Shown here one piece after another: positions 34,230-42,026 of a DNA stretch of 64,000 bases. The position numbers and the translations under genes are program-made. The DNA is from an uncultured Intestinimonas sp. (GTDB lineage Bacteria > Bacillota > Clostridia > Oscillospirales > Oscillospiraceae). Under the pieces are notes generated by a model that saw only the letters and a list, made by a program, of their open reading frames with translations, did not search any database and was not told the DNA's origin. Numbering within the stretch: position 1 is the stretch's first letter; every line of letters begins with the position of its first letter. The stretch spans positions 1,212 through 65,211 of the forward strand of contig CALWYC010000001.1 in the NCBI GenBank assembly GCA_944385655.1, read 5' to 3'.

Positions 34230-35537
34230 TTAGAACACCCCCGCTTTCCAGGAGGGCGCGGCGGGCTGTTCCCGTTCTTCCGTACCCTCTGCGTATCCGT
34301 CGCTGATGATGATGCTGCACTCTCCTCCTGTGGAGACCCGGGTAGCAATGACCTGGAGGCCCTCGCTTTCTGCCCAGGCGGAAAACTCCCGCATGGTGTC
34401 CAGATCCATCTGTTCCAGCTTATCCACCAGGACAAAGCCGCACTGGGGCTTGACCGCCCGGACGATGGCGGTGGCCACCTTCAGCTGGTCGCTGCTGCTC
34501 AGGTTGTCCCACTGCTGGCCTTGATAGGTCAGCAGTCCCTTTTCCACCGACAGCCCCGGAAGCGGAAGGGGCGACGATTCCAGGAGCTGTTCCCGCTCCT
34601 GCCGCAGATGTTCGATTTGACCCGTCAGGGTCTCATACTGGCGCCGATAGTCGGCGGCGTCAGTCTCCGCCTTCTCTTTGTCCAGGTTGGCCCGCACCTT
34701 GCGGTTGATCTCCTCCGCGCCGCGGATGCTCTCCTCCAGCTCTTCGGTGGACTCGTCCAGCAGATCCAGCGCGTCCCGCCGGGCCGTTTCCAGATCAGAC
34801 CGGACCTGGACCAGAGCTTCCTCGGTGGCTGCCAGCTGGGCACGCTGCTGCTCCGCGGTGGCTGCCAGCAGCTGCTCTTTTGCGGCCAGTTCATCTCTCC
34901 GGTGGCGCTTGCGTTGGTTCTCCCCGTTGCGGGCCAGGATCTCCTGCTGAGCCTGAATGAGGGCGGTCACCGATACCGGTTCAGCAGGCATATTGGGATA
35001 GTCGGGCATCTCTTTGGCAAATTTGGCCTTCTGATCGGCAATGCGGCCGATGGCTAGACGGTCGTTGTAAAGCTCGGACTCTTGTTGATCCAGCCGGACC
35101 AGCTTGTCCTCCACGCCAATGACCTTCAGGAGGGCGGTGGCCTTCTCCTTATCCGTGGAGTGGAGGAATTTGGGCAGATCCAGAGCCAGCTGCTCCACGA
35201 AGTCGTTCAACAGCTGCTGTCCGGCCCGCCGCCCTTCCGGATCGGTGACCTTCAGGTCACTGTTTTTGCCCGACCGCTCCACTACAATGCCGTTGGATAG
35301 CTTCAGGTGGAGCCGGGGCGGGATAACGGAGCCGTCCCGTTTGGGTTGAGAGGGGCGGTAGCGCTCCCCGCCCAGTGCCCAGGCGATGGCGTCCAGGATG
35401 GAGGTCTTGCCCTGGTTGTTGCGGCCTCCGATGACGGTCAGGCCGTTCTCATTGGGTGTCAGAGTACAAGCCCGGATGCGCTTTACATTTTCCAGTTCAA
35501 GACTGGTAATCTTCACAGGGGTACTGTTTGCGTCCAT
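34230..35537 (-). CDS. SMC/SbcC-like AAA ATPase
   Basis: LENVKRI, GRNNQGKTS, long coiled coil, LSSSDQL, FVLVDKLE. Confidence 0.9.
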   Translation of the reverse strand: MDANSTPVKITSLELENVKRIRACTLTPNENGLTVIGGRNNQGKTSILDAIAWALGGERYRPSQPKRDGSVIPPRLHLKLSNGIVVERSGKNSDLKVTDPEGRRAGQQLLNDFVEQLALDLPKFLHSTDKEKATALLKVIGVEDKLVRLDQQESELYNDRLAIGRIADQKAKFAKEMPDYPNMPAEPVSVTALIQAQQEILARNGENQRKRHRRDELAAKEQLLAATAEQQRAQLAATEEALVQVRSDLETARRDALDLLDESTEELEESIRGAEEINRKVRANLDKEKAETDAADYRRQYETLTGQIEHLRQEREQLLESSPLPLPGLSVEKGLLTYQGQQWDNLSSSDQLKVATAIVRAVKPQCGFVLVDKLEQMDLDTMREFSAWAESEGLQVIATRVSTGGECSIIISDGYAEGTEEREQPAAPSWKAGVF

Positions 35538-35549
35538 AATTCCCTCCAT

Positions 35550-36050
35550 TTACTTCTTCTGATACAGTTCCACTTTTTGAACGCCAAACGCGGCTGCTTC
35601 CTCATGGCTCTCAAAGAAGATGTCGATGGTGTCGCCCCGAATGGCCCCGCCGGTGTCCTCCACGGTCCTCCAGCCAATGCCGTCGATGTAGATCTCCGTC
35701 CCCGCCGGGAGCACGTCCCAGTCGGCGGCGACGGTGCGGCCCTCCTCCGGCATGACGCCGGAGGCCGTTGGACCACCAGACCACTGTCCGCAGCACGTCT
35801 CACAGGGACAGTAGGCATAGGCGGTAAACGTGCCGATGCTCACCAACTCCGGTTCCTGGGCCTCAATGCTGGTCTGCACCACCACGGGGCGAAAGGTGGC
35901 CTTGGCGGGCTCCTGGGGCTCCGTGATACTGTATGCCGTACCGGCCCCCAGGAGGGCACCGGCAGCCATGGCGCCGGCCAGGATCATCAATCCAGTGATA
36001 TTCGCTCGGATACGCTGGCGGCGGCGCTTTTGTTCTCGCGTTAAACTCAA
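35550..36050 (-). CDS. 3D-domain protein with N-terminal membrane anchor
   Basis: TAY..TASG..TVAAD..GT..VEDTGGAIRGDTIDIF. Confidence 0.9.
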   Translation of the reverse strand: MSLTREQKRRRQRIRANITGLMILAGAMAAGALLGAGTAYSITEPQEPAKATFRPVVVQTSIEAQEPELVSIGTFTAYAYCPCETCCGQWSGGPTASGVMPEEGRTVAADWDVLPAGTEIYIDGIGWRTVEDTGGAIRGDTIDIFFESHEEAAAFGVQKVELYQKK

Positions 36051-36343
36051 TGTCCTTTCTCCTCTCTCCGTTTTCTCATGTATTCCCGCATATAAGCGTT
36101 ATATTTCTCCCGGTTGGCCTCACGGTAGGCCTTCCGCTGGGCAGCCACCTTCTCCCGGTTGGCCTCATACCAGGCCTTCTGCTGGGCGGCTACCTTTCTT
36201 TTTTCAGGAGGCAACGCATCAAAACGGGCCATCCGGTCAAAGCGTGCCGACCTTATCAAATCTTCCGGCTCTAGCCGAAATGACGCCTCTATTTCGGCGT
36301 CAGCCGCCGCCATCTCGGCCAGCTCCTCCGGAGTAAAGGACAT
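36047..36343 (-). CDS. Hypothetical protein with 15-aa tandem repeat
   Basis: KVAAQQKAWYEANRE/KVAAQRKAYREANRE; 45-bp DNA duplication. Confidence 0.65.
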   Translation of the reverse strand: MSFTPEELAEMAAADAEIEASFRLEPEDLIRSARFDRMARFDALPPEKRKVAAQQKAWYEANREKVAAQRKAYREANREKYNAYMREYMRKRREEKGH

Positions 36344-36346
36344 ACT

Positions 36347-36688
36347 TCATTCACCTCCATCCGGCGTATGCAGCAGTCTTATGCTGCTGTAGCGCACCAC
36401 CCGCCAGAGCCTGTGCCTGGCCCGTGCCAGTGTTCTGGACACTGTGGTGCGGTCAACATGGTAGCGTTCGGCTACTTGCGTAACAGTAAGCCCTTCCACA
36501 TAGTAAGCCGTCACATAGCGGCGCTGGCAATCAGACAGCTCCTGGTTCAACGCCATCTTCAAGGCCTTAAGAACGTGGGCATGATCCGGGTTATCATTCT
36601 GGGGGTGCTCCAACCAATTCTGATAGGCGACGGCGTCCAGGGCGCATCTGACAGGGTCGAACTCGCTATTGCGCCCGCCGCTCAGCAT
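36347..36688 (-). CDS. Sigma-70 region-4 type HTH protein
   Basis: ELSDCQRRYVTAYYVEGLTVTQVAERYHVDRTTVSRTLARAR. Confidence 0.8.
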   Translation of the reverse strand: MLSGGRNSEFDPVRCALDAVAYQNWLEHPQNDNPDHAHVLKALKMALNQELSDCQRRYVTAYYVEGLTVTQVAERYHVDRTTVSRTLARARHRLWRVVRYSSIRLLHTPDGGE

Positions 36689-36933
36689 CCTGACTCCCCC
36701 TCCATGAACCGGATAAACGCCAGCCGCGGGATCTTGACCCGGCTGCGGATGATGACCACCGGGAACCCCAGCATACTCTTGTCCTGCCTTGCAGCCACCC
36801 GGATCCACTGGGGGTTGCAACCCAGCACCTGGGCCGCCACGGCAGGCGTAATCGTGTCGGCGTCCATTTGCTTCACATCGTCCAACGTCATGCCCTCTCT
36901 TGCAAGAGCAGTCTGATTCTGGTATACTGACAT
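36682..36933 (-). CDS. Excisionase-like HTH protein
   Basis: ITPAVAAQVLGC..RVKIPRLAFIRFM. Confidence 0.7.
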   Translation of the reverse strand: MSVYQNQTALAREGMTLDDVKQMDADTITPAVAAQVLGCNPQWIRVAARQDKSMLGFPVVIIRSRVKIPRLAFIRFMEGESGC

Positions 36934-36951
36934 AAGAGTTCATTCCTTTCT

Positions 36952-36990
36952 GCCGTCCTCGGGTCTCGCACACCCGGGGGCGGCTTTTTT
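36952..36990 (+). terminator. Intrinsic terminator on the plus strand (antisense to the early operon)
   Basis: GCCGTCCTCGGGT/ACCCGGGGGCGGC stem followed by TTTTTT. Confidence 0.6.
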
Positions 36991-36995
36991 ACTGC

Positions 36996-37163
36996 TCACA
37001 ACAGGTCCCGCGCCTTGATGGCCCCCAGTTTCAGCGCCAGGGCCACCAGCTCGGCACACTCGGCCTCTGTCACGTCCTCGGCCTCCATGGCCCGGGCGAT
37101 CAGCTCACGGGCCCGGTCCGGGCTGGCCGTGAGTGCTTCCTTCAGGGTGTCAATGGGGCACAT
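36996..37163 (-). CDS. Small hypothetical protein (55 aa)
   Basis: Hand translation MCPIDTLKEALTASPDRARELIARAMEAEDVTEAECAELVALALKLGAIKARDLL; RBS GGAGGTG. Confidence 0.6.
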   Translation of the reverse strand: MCPIDTLKEALTASPDRARELIARAMEAEDVTEAECAELVALALKLGAIKARDLL

Positions 37164-37230
37164 TGTGCTTCACCTCCGTTTTCCTTGTTCTTTCTGTCAC
37201 AAAATGTTAAAATTAGGCGAGGTGATAAGT

Positions 37231-37899
37231 ATGGCAGGATTTAAATGCCCCTTCTGCGGCGAATTTATGAGCATAAACGCTGCAACAAAAGCGGCAATTC
37301 CCTTGAATTTTGATGGTGCGTTCAATGCGCAATATGCGACATTCCCTCACCTGAACATTACGATCTTCCGATGTCCCAATGATGCGTGTCAGAATGAGAC
37401 CATTATTGCGGAGGGGCGGTACGGGTATATAGATGGAAAGACCGTGCTGATACATCCACAGGCGATCTATCGCCATTTCCCGGACTATGTTCCGGAGGGG
37501 ATTCGGGCGGATTATGAGGAAGCGTGCCTCATACGGGAGCGCAGCCCAAAGGCCTCTGCCACTCTGGCCCGCCGGTGTCTCCAGGGCATGATCCGTGACT
37601 TCTGGAAGATCGAGGGAGAGAGAAGCCTCTACCATGAAATTGACGCAATCAAGGACAAGGTGTCTGCGCCACAATGGGCTGCAATCGATGCGGTACGTCA
37701 AATCGGAAACATTGGTGCCCATATGGAGCGGGACGTTAATTTGATTGTAGATGTAGAACCAGATGAAGCCAGGGCACTGCTTCATCTCATCGAACTGCTG
37801 GTTGAAAAATGGTACATCAGCAGACACGACGAGGAGGCACTTTATCAGCAGGTCACTGACCTGGCGCGGGCGAAGCAGGCAGCCAAGCATCCCGAATAA
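37231..37899 (+). CDS. DUF4145 (HEPN-like) protein with N-terminal zinc ribbon; moron
   Basis: CPFC..CPNDAC; ASATLARRCLQGMIRDFW; RQIGNIGAH; own promoter TTGTTC-17-TAAAAT (37185-37213). Confidence 0.85.
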   Translation: MAGFKCPFCGEFMSINAATKAAIPLNFDGAFNAQYATFPHLNITIFRCPNDACQNETIIAEGRYGYIDGKTVLIHPQAIYRHFPDYVPEGIRADYEEACLIRERSPKASATLARRCLQGMIRDFWKIEGERSLYHEIDAIKDKVSAPQWAAIDAVRQIGNIGAHMERDVNLIVDVEPDEARALLHLIELLVEKWYISRHDEEALYQQVTDLARAKQAAKHPE

Positions 37900-38053
37900 A
37901 CGGATCGTGCACAGCCAACAATTCCCCGTCTGTGGACCAGTATTGGGTGACAATCCGGTTCGGATCATCTTCGGTCCCCGCACCGGCTTTGCTTTCCGTC
38001 CGAATGACCTGGATGACCTGTGCGGATCGGATGCTTCCGGCAGCGTTGTTCAT
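37853..38053 (-). CDS. Hypothetical phage protein
   Basis: SAQVIQVIRT..GAGTEDDPNRIVTQYWSTDGELLAVHDP; RBS GGAGGTG. Confidence 0.75.
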   Translation of the reverse strand: MNNAAGSIRSAQVIQVIRTESKAGAGTEDDPNRIVTQYWSTDGELLAVHDPFIRDAWLPASPAPGQ

Positions 38054-38136
38054 AAAACCACCTCCCTTCCCCCCTCTTCTGGATTGTCCCCATCCCTCCC
38101 GCCGTGATAAACTGAGGCGGAAGGGAGGTGATACAA

Positions 38137-38301
38137 ATGAAGGATTTCAATGAATTTCTCGCTGAATATTCTCAGAACGAAGAGTTCAAGAATCGGCTGA
38201 CAGATGCGGCTGCTGGGCGTCTGAGTCCGGAGCAGCTTTCCGCCGTATGGGCTCTACTTTTAACTGTTCTGCGAGAATATCATCAATGGTCTCACGAATA
38301 G
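38137..38301 (+). CDS. Small moron protein (54 aa)
   Basis: Hand translation MKDFNEFLAEYSQNEEFKNRLTDAAAGRLSPEQLSAVWALLLTVLREYHQWSHE; RBS GGAGGTG; promoter TTGTCC-18-TAAACT. Confidence 0.7.
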   Translation: MKDFNEFLAEYSQNEEFKNRLTDAAAGRLSPEQLSAVWALLLTVLREYHQWSHE

Positions 38302-38539
38302 CTTTCCTGCTCGCCTTGCGCCGCCCTTGTAGTTCCAGTACAAGGGCGGCCATTTCTTTTGGCGTCCCGCTGGCGGTGATGTGCTCTACTTCTCCAACAC
38401 GCTTATATTCGAGTTCCGTTTTGCTCACCTCCTGGCCATTGATCTTGACGGAATAAGCGCCGGGATATTCTTTGCTCTCGTGGATTTCAAGAGACACACA
38501 TGGCATCTTTCTCACCTCTTTACTGTTCTCCGTATTCAC
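38186..38539 (-). CDS. Hypothetical phage protein
   Basis: ORF in the early operon containing GTPKEMAALVLELQGR. Confidence 0.6.
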   Translation of the reverse strand: MNTENSKEVRKMPCVSLEIHESKEYPGAYSVKINGQEVSKTELEYKRVGEVEHITASGTPKEMAALVLELQGRRKASRKAIRETIDDILAEQLKVEPIRRKAAPDSDAQQPHLSADS

Positions 38540-38634
38540 CGTTATCTACTTTCCAGGAAAATTTTTGTTGTCTTTAGGAAGAAAATTTCCTATAATGCGG
38601 ATAGGCACCAAAAAATTTGATAGGAGGTATCCGC

Positions 38635-38913
38635 ATGAGTCCAAACGAAAAGAAGTTGTTGCAAGCAGCCTACCAGCATTATCAAAAGACCGGCGATACA
38701 GAGTTTTCATATACCAGTCCAGATAGTAGCGATTGGCTTTATATGGTGGAGGCCGCCCGCCAGTTGTATGTTTCTGGCTTGATTAACAGCGACTTAGACT
38801 ATATAGCCGACCGCCGCATATCAAATCTTCCCGGGAACATACCCGCCCTCGTGTTTTGTCTCACGGAAAAAGCCCTTCAGGAACTCGGTGCTGGGCGGGA
38901 TTCGGAAATGTAG
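38635..38913 (+). CDS. Moron protein, possible winged helix
   Basis: RBS AGGAGG; promoter TTGTCT-17-TATAAT (38568-38596); QLYVSGLI..LTEKAL. Confidence 0.7.
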   Translation: MSPNEKKLLQAAYQHYQKTGDTEFSYTSPDSSDWLYMVEAARQLYVSGLINSDLDYIADRRISNLPGNIPALVFCLTEKALQELGAGRDSEM

Positions 38914-39081
38914 TTCCAATACAAAACCATCGAGATTCATTGTCGGTTCGTCCATAAAGTGAGCAAGTTGGCGTCCATCCATCTGGCTCACTTTATTTAT
39001 GAAGTTCTGGCACATAAGAGCCCTCTTGTCTGCGGTTTTACAGTTGATGCCCTCCAGAACTCCAAACGCATCTACACTCAT
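38821..39081 (-). CDS. Hypothetical protein downstream of cro
   Basis: 86-aa ORF, RBS AAGGGGG. Confidence 0.5.
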   Translation of the reverse strand: MSVDAFGVLEGINCKTADKRALMCQNFINKVSQMDGRQLAHFMDEPTMNLDGFVLELHFRIPPSTEFLKGFFRETKHEGGYVPGKI

Positions 39082-39098
39082 TGCTCTTACCCCCTTTC

Positions 39099-39433
39099 GT
39101 ATCTAATCAAGATACTTTTTCGCTAAAAAAAACTCGCATTGTCTCGCTCCCAGAGAGCTTATACCGCTCAGAGATGAACGCAATCTCGGTCTGCGTAAAC
39201 TCTGCGCCACCCGTTCCGTTGATTTTTGCGTTCAGTCTGGACAGGCTGAGGCCCATAGCTTCCGCAAGAATCGCCTGCGTATCCCCTCTCTTTGCCATGT
39301 GCGACTTCAAAAGCAGTTTGTTCATTGGTTCACCTCCGTATCTGATTGAGATACTTCGATTATAATCACCTTTCGGTTTCTTGTCAAGATATTTTTCTTG
39401 ATTTTTCTGAAAAATGTGGTATTATTGAGATAC
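39099..39433. promoter_or_regulatory. Lysis/lysogeny switch: operators GTATCT-n5-AGATAC and divergent promoters
   Basis: 17-bp sites at 39099, 39338 and 39376, half-site at 39425; minus-strand TTGACA(39387-39382)-17-TATAAT(39364-39359); plus-strand TGgTATTAT at 39417-39425. Confidence 0.8.
39107..39325 (-). CDS. Cro-like HTH protein
   Basis: TQAILAEAMGLSLSRLNAKING..EFTQTEI; divergent from the repressor. Confidence 0.85.
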   Translation of the reverse strand: MNKLLLKSHMAKRGDTQAILAEAMGLSLSRLNAKINGTGGAEFTQTEIAFISERYKLSGSETMRVFFSEKVS

Positions 39434-39456
39434 GGTATAGAAGGGAGGTGTTTTAC

Positions 39457-40089
39457 ATGACTATGGGAGAAAAAATTAAAATGCTGCGCTTACAAAAGGG
39501 AATGTCACAGGAGGAACTTGGAAAAAAGGTTGGCGTTCAAAAGGCAGCAATTAACAAGTATGAAAAGGGTATCGTTGTAAATCTAAAAAGATCTACAATA
39601 GCAAGTCTTGCGAGTGCCCTTGACGTTACTCCAATTTATTTGATGGGGCTTGACGAAGAACAGCTCCCCTCCAACGCCATTCCCCTGGACCTCCCATCCA
39701 TGCACCGTATCCCCATCCTGGGCCGCATCCCGGCTGGGTTGCCGCTCTATGCCGAGCAGAACATAGAAGGTTATACCCTGACTGACCTGAACGGAGGGGC
39801 GGAGTACTTCGCTCTCCGGGTCACCGGAGACAGCATGAACGCTGCCCGGATTCAGGATGGAGATCTGCTGATCGTCCGCCGTCAGGAAGAAGTGGAAAAC
39901 GGTGAGATCGCTATTGTCCTGGTAGATGATGAGGATGCTACCGTCAAGCGGTTTTATTCCACAAGGGACACTGTGACCCTTATGCCGCAATCCACCAACC
40001 CGCAACATCAACCGCAAATGTATGATTTGAGGAAAACAAGAATAAAAGTTCTGGGGAAAGTGGTCAAAATAGAGATTACGGCAGTATGA
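39457..40089 (+). CDS. CI-like repressor (XRE HTH plus S24 autopeptidase)
   Basis: MSQEELGKKVGV..INKYEKG HTH; IPAG cleavage site; VTGDSM; ATVKRF. Confidence 0.95.
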   Translation: MTMGEKIKMLRLQKGMSQEELGKKVGVQKAAINKYEKGIVVNLKRSTIASLASALDVTPIYLMGLDEEQLPSNAIPLDLPSMHRIPILGRIPAGLPLYAEQNIEGYTLTDLNGGAEYFALRVTGDSMNAARIQDGDLLIVRRQEEVENGEIAIVLVDDEDATVKRFYSTRDTVTLMPQSTNPQHQPQMYDLRKTRIKVLGKVVKIEITAV

Positions 40090-40140
40090 CGCAGAGGCAA
40101 TAATAAAACCCCGCCCAGTGACCTGAGCGGGGGAGAGGGA

Positions 40141-40413
40141 GTGGAAGGAATGGGAGAGATACTTGATTTTCCAAGTTTTGACGGGTGTCTGGCCATATTT
40201 TCTGGCGGCCTGATGTTCGTCGGGGAGATCGCCAAAGGTGGGCCTGCTATCAACGGCCTTTCCGGAATCTGGTTAAAAGATGTGCAAATTTTCCCGGTTT
40301 CTGCACAAGTTGACGAAAATAGCGTTTTGAAGATGGGGTCTGTGTATCTGCCTTTCTCTGGGATTTCTGCGATAAGTGCTGCTCCTGAAGTTGGCTTTCC
40401 AGAACCTGATTGA
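40141..40413 (+). CDS. Hypothetical protein between repressor and integrase
   Basis: Beta-rich 90-aa ORF with purine-rich RBS. Confidence 0.55.
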   Translation: MEGMGEILDFPSFDGCLAIFSGGLMFVGEIAKGGPAINGLSGIWLKDVQIFPVSAQVDENSVLKMGSVYLPFSGISAISAAPEVGFPEPD

Positions 40414-40480
40414 TGGCAGAGGCTACCTGCATACGATCCTCTGGTGTATTGGAGCCAGTGCCGGAAATGTGGATCATCAT
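40250..40480 (-). CDS. Antisense hypothetical protein with its own promoter
   Basis: RBS AAAGGGGGTGG; promoter TTGCTT-17-TACAAT with extended TG. Confidence 0.5.
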   Translation of the reverse strand: MMIHISGTGSNTPEDRMQVASAINQVLESQLQEQHLSQKSQRKADTQTPSSKRYFRQLVQKPGKFAHLLTRFRKGR

Positions 40481-40666
40481 AAATCCACCCCCTTTGCAAC
40501 ATTGTAACACACGTTACAATTCAAAGCAACATTGTATCATATGTTATAACGATCCAAAGTAATAAAAAGGGCCCAGCCGGTGCTGCGAACACCGAACAGG
40601 GCCAAGGGGAAGTAAGTTTGACCGGCCTACTTCCCCTTCATTTTACCAGAAATGGAGGGAAAGTCA

Positions 40667-41818
40667 ATGAAATGTCGGAAGTGCCGGGCAGAGATCCCGG
40701 ACGAGAGCAAGTTCTGTATGTCCTGTGGAGCACAGCAAGACGTTAGTCAGAATACAAAGGCCCGGGGCAACGGCACAGGCTCCGTGTTTAAGCGGGGCAA
40801 GACCTGGACCGCCTGCCGGGTGATAGGTTACACAACAGAGATCATCGAAGTGGATGGCCAACAGAAGAAAAAGCTCCACAAGACCACCCGGAGCAAAGGA
40901 GGATTCAAAACAAAAAAGGAAGCCCTGGAGTACCTGCCCAAGCTGACAACAGAGGCCGGCAAGAAGTCCATAACCTGGCAGAAGATGTACGACGCGTGGA
41001 GACCAACACACCGGGCGGGAAAATCCACCATGGACTGCTACGCCGCAGCGGAGCGGTATTTCCGGCCCGTCTGGCCGATCCCGTTTGACCGGATAGACAT
41101 TGATGACCTACAAGAGTGCCTGGACGATTGTCCGAAGGGTAAGCGCACCCGTGAGAACATGAAGGCACTGGCCGGGCTGCTGTACAAATACGCCATCCCC
41201 CGCCATATGGCGACGCTGAACATCGGCCAGTATCTCATCGTTGGCGGTGGGGATGTGTCAGAGCGTGCCGCCCTTCCAAACGACGCTCTGGAGGCCATCA
41301 GGGAGGCCGTGGGGCGCGTCCACGGGGCCGATTACGTCCTTGCCGAGTGTTATCTAGGGTTCCGCCCTTCGGAGCTCCTAGCGCTGGATACACGGGACTA
41401 TGACCGCAAAGAGAAGGCGTTTACCGGCGGGGCAAAGACCGATGCCGGGCGGGACAGGGTGGTCACAGTGTCTCCGAAGATCCAACCCATCATCGACCGC
41501 CTGACGCGGGATAAAATTTCTGGCCCAGTATTCTGCGCCCCTGACGGCTCTGCTATGACCATTGAACAGTACCGGGCCATGTTTTACTCCGTTCTGGATG
41601 CTTGCGGTGTGGACAATCCACTGGAGGGCCCGAAGGGTGCCAAACGGCACAGGTACACACCGCATTCCTGTAGACACACGTTCGCCACACTTATGAAGCG
41701 CGTAGAAGGCACAGACAAAGACAAGCTGGCCTTGATCGGGCACACGTCCAATGAGATGCTGCGCCATTATCAGGATGTCTCTCTGGACGACTTGCGACGG
41801 GTTACGGATGCCCTGTAG
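40667..41818 (+). CDS. Tyrosine integrase with N-terminal zinc ribbon
   Basis: CRKC..FCMSC; GFRPSEL, KT, HSCRHTF, GH, HY catalytic motifs. Confidence 0.95.
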   Translation: MKCRKCRAEIPDESKFCMSCGAQQDVSQNTKARGNGTGSVFKRGKTWTACRVIGYTTEIIEVDGQQKKKLHKTTRSKGGFKTKKEALEYLPKLTTEAGKKSITWQKMYDAWRPTHRAGKSTMDCYAAAERYFRPVWPIPFDRIDIDDLQECLDDCPKGKRTRENMKALAGLLYKYAIPRHMATLNIGQYLIVGGGDVSERAALPNDALEAIREAVGRVHGADYVLAECYLGFRPSELLALDTRDYDRKEKAFTGGAKTDAGRDRVVTVSPKIQPIIDRLTRDKISGPVFCAPDGSAMTIEQYRAMFYSVLDACGVDNPLEGPKGAKRHRYTPHSCRHTFATLMKRVEGTDKDKLALIGHTSNEMLRHYQDVSLDDLRRVTDAL

Positions 41819-41843
41819 ATACGGGGAAAACGCAGTTTTTTGT

Positions 41844-41864
41844 GTGAGCAATACGTGAGCAATA
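41844..41864. repeat. Tandem GTGAGCAATA x2, probable integrase arm-type sites
   Basis: Exact 10-bp direct repeat between the integrase stop and the tRNA 3' end. Confidence 0.6.
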
Positions 41865-41903
41865 GAACAATTTTTTGCAATCCAAGCTAAAATCTAATGA
41901 AAT

Positions 41904-41950
41904 AAAAAAATTGCAGGATTCAGTTTTTTCAACTGAATCCTGCAACTTTT
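41904..41950. terminator. Bidirectional terminator between integrase and tRNA
   Basis: 15-bp perfect IR TTGCAGGATTCAGTT/AACTGAATCCTGCAA flanked by A and T runs. Confidence 0.85.
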
Positions 41951-42026
41951 GGTCCGAGTGACTGGATTCGAACCAGCGGCCTCTTGAACCCCATTCAAGC
42001 GCGATACCAAACTTCGCCACACCCGG
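41950..42026 (-). tRNA. tRNA-Pro(GGG); probable prophage attachment site
   Basis: CCGGGTG/CACTCGG acceptor stem, anticodon loop ATGGGGT, GGTTCGAATCC T-arm, encoded CCA; promoter TTGCAA-17-TAATAT upstream. Confidence 0.95.

Larger units (their letters stand above)
1..41949. mobile_element. Prophage (temperate, contractile tail), right part; extends beyond the left edge of the window
   Basis: Continuous lysis-tail-head-packaging-replication-lysogeny-integrase gene order ending at a tRNA 3' end; host housekeeping genes begin beyond the tRNA. Confidence 0.95.

Noticed and set aside
36047-36343. HNH homing endonuclease (suggested by KAYREANREK repeats)
   Set aside because: No HNH or Cys motifs follow; only the 45-bp duplicated helical repeat is present.
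1-41949. Phage-wide TAG-to-Gln recoding (genetic code 15)
   Set aside because: Only one suggestive in-frame TAG was found. Terminase, primase-helicase and integrase end in TAG at sensible positions, long genes are otherwise uninterrupted, and no suppressor tRNA is visible.
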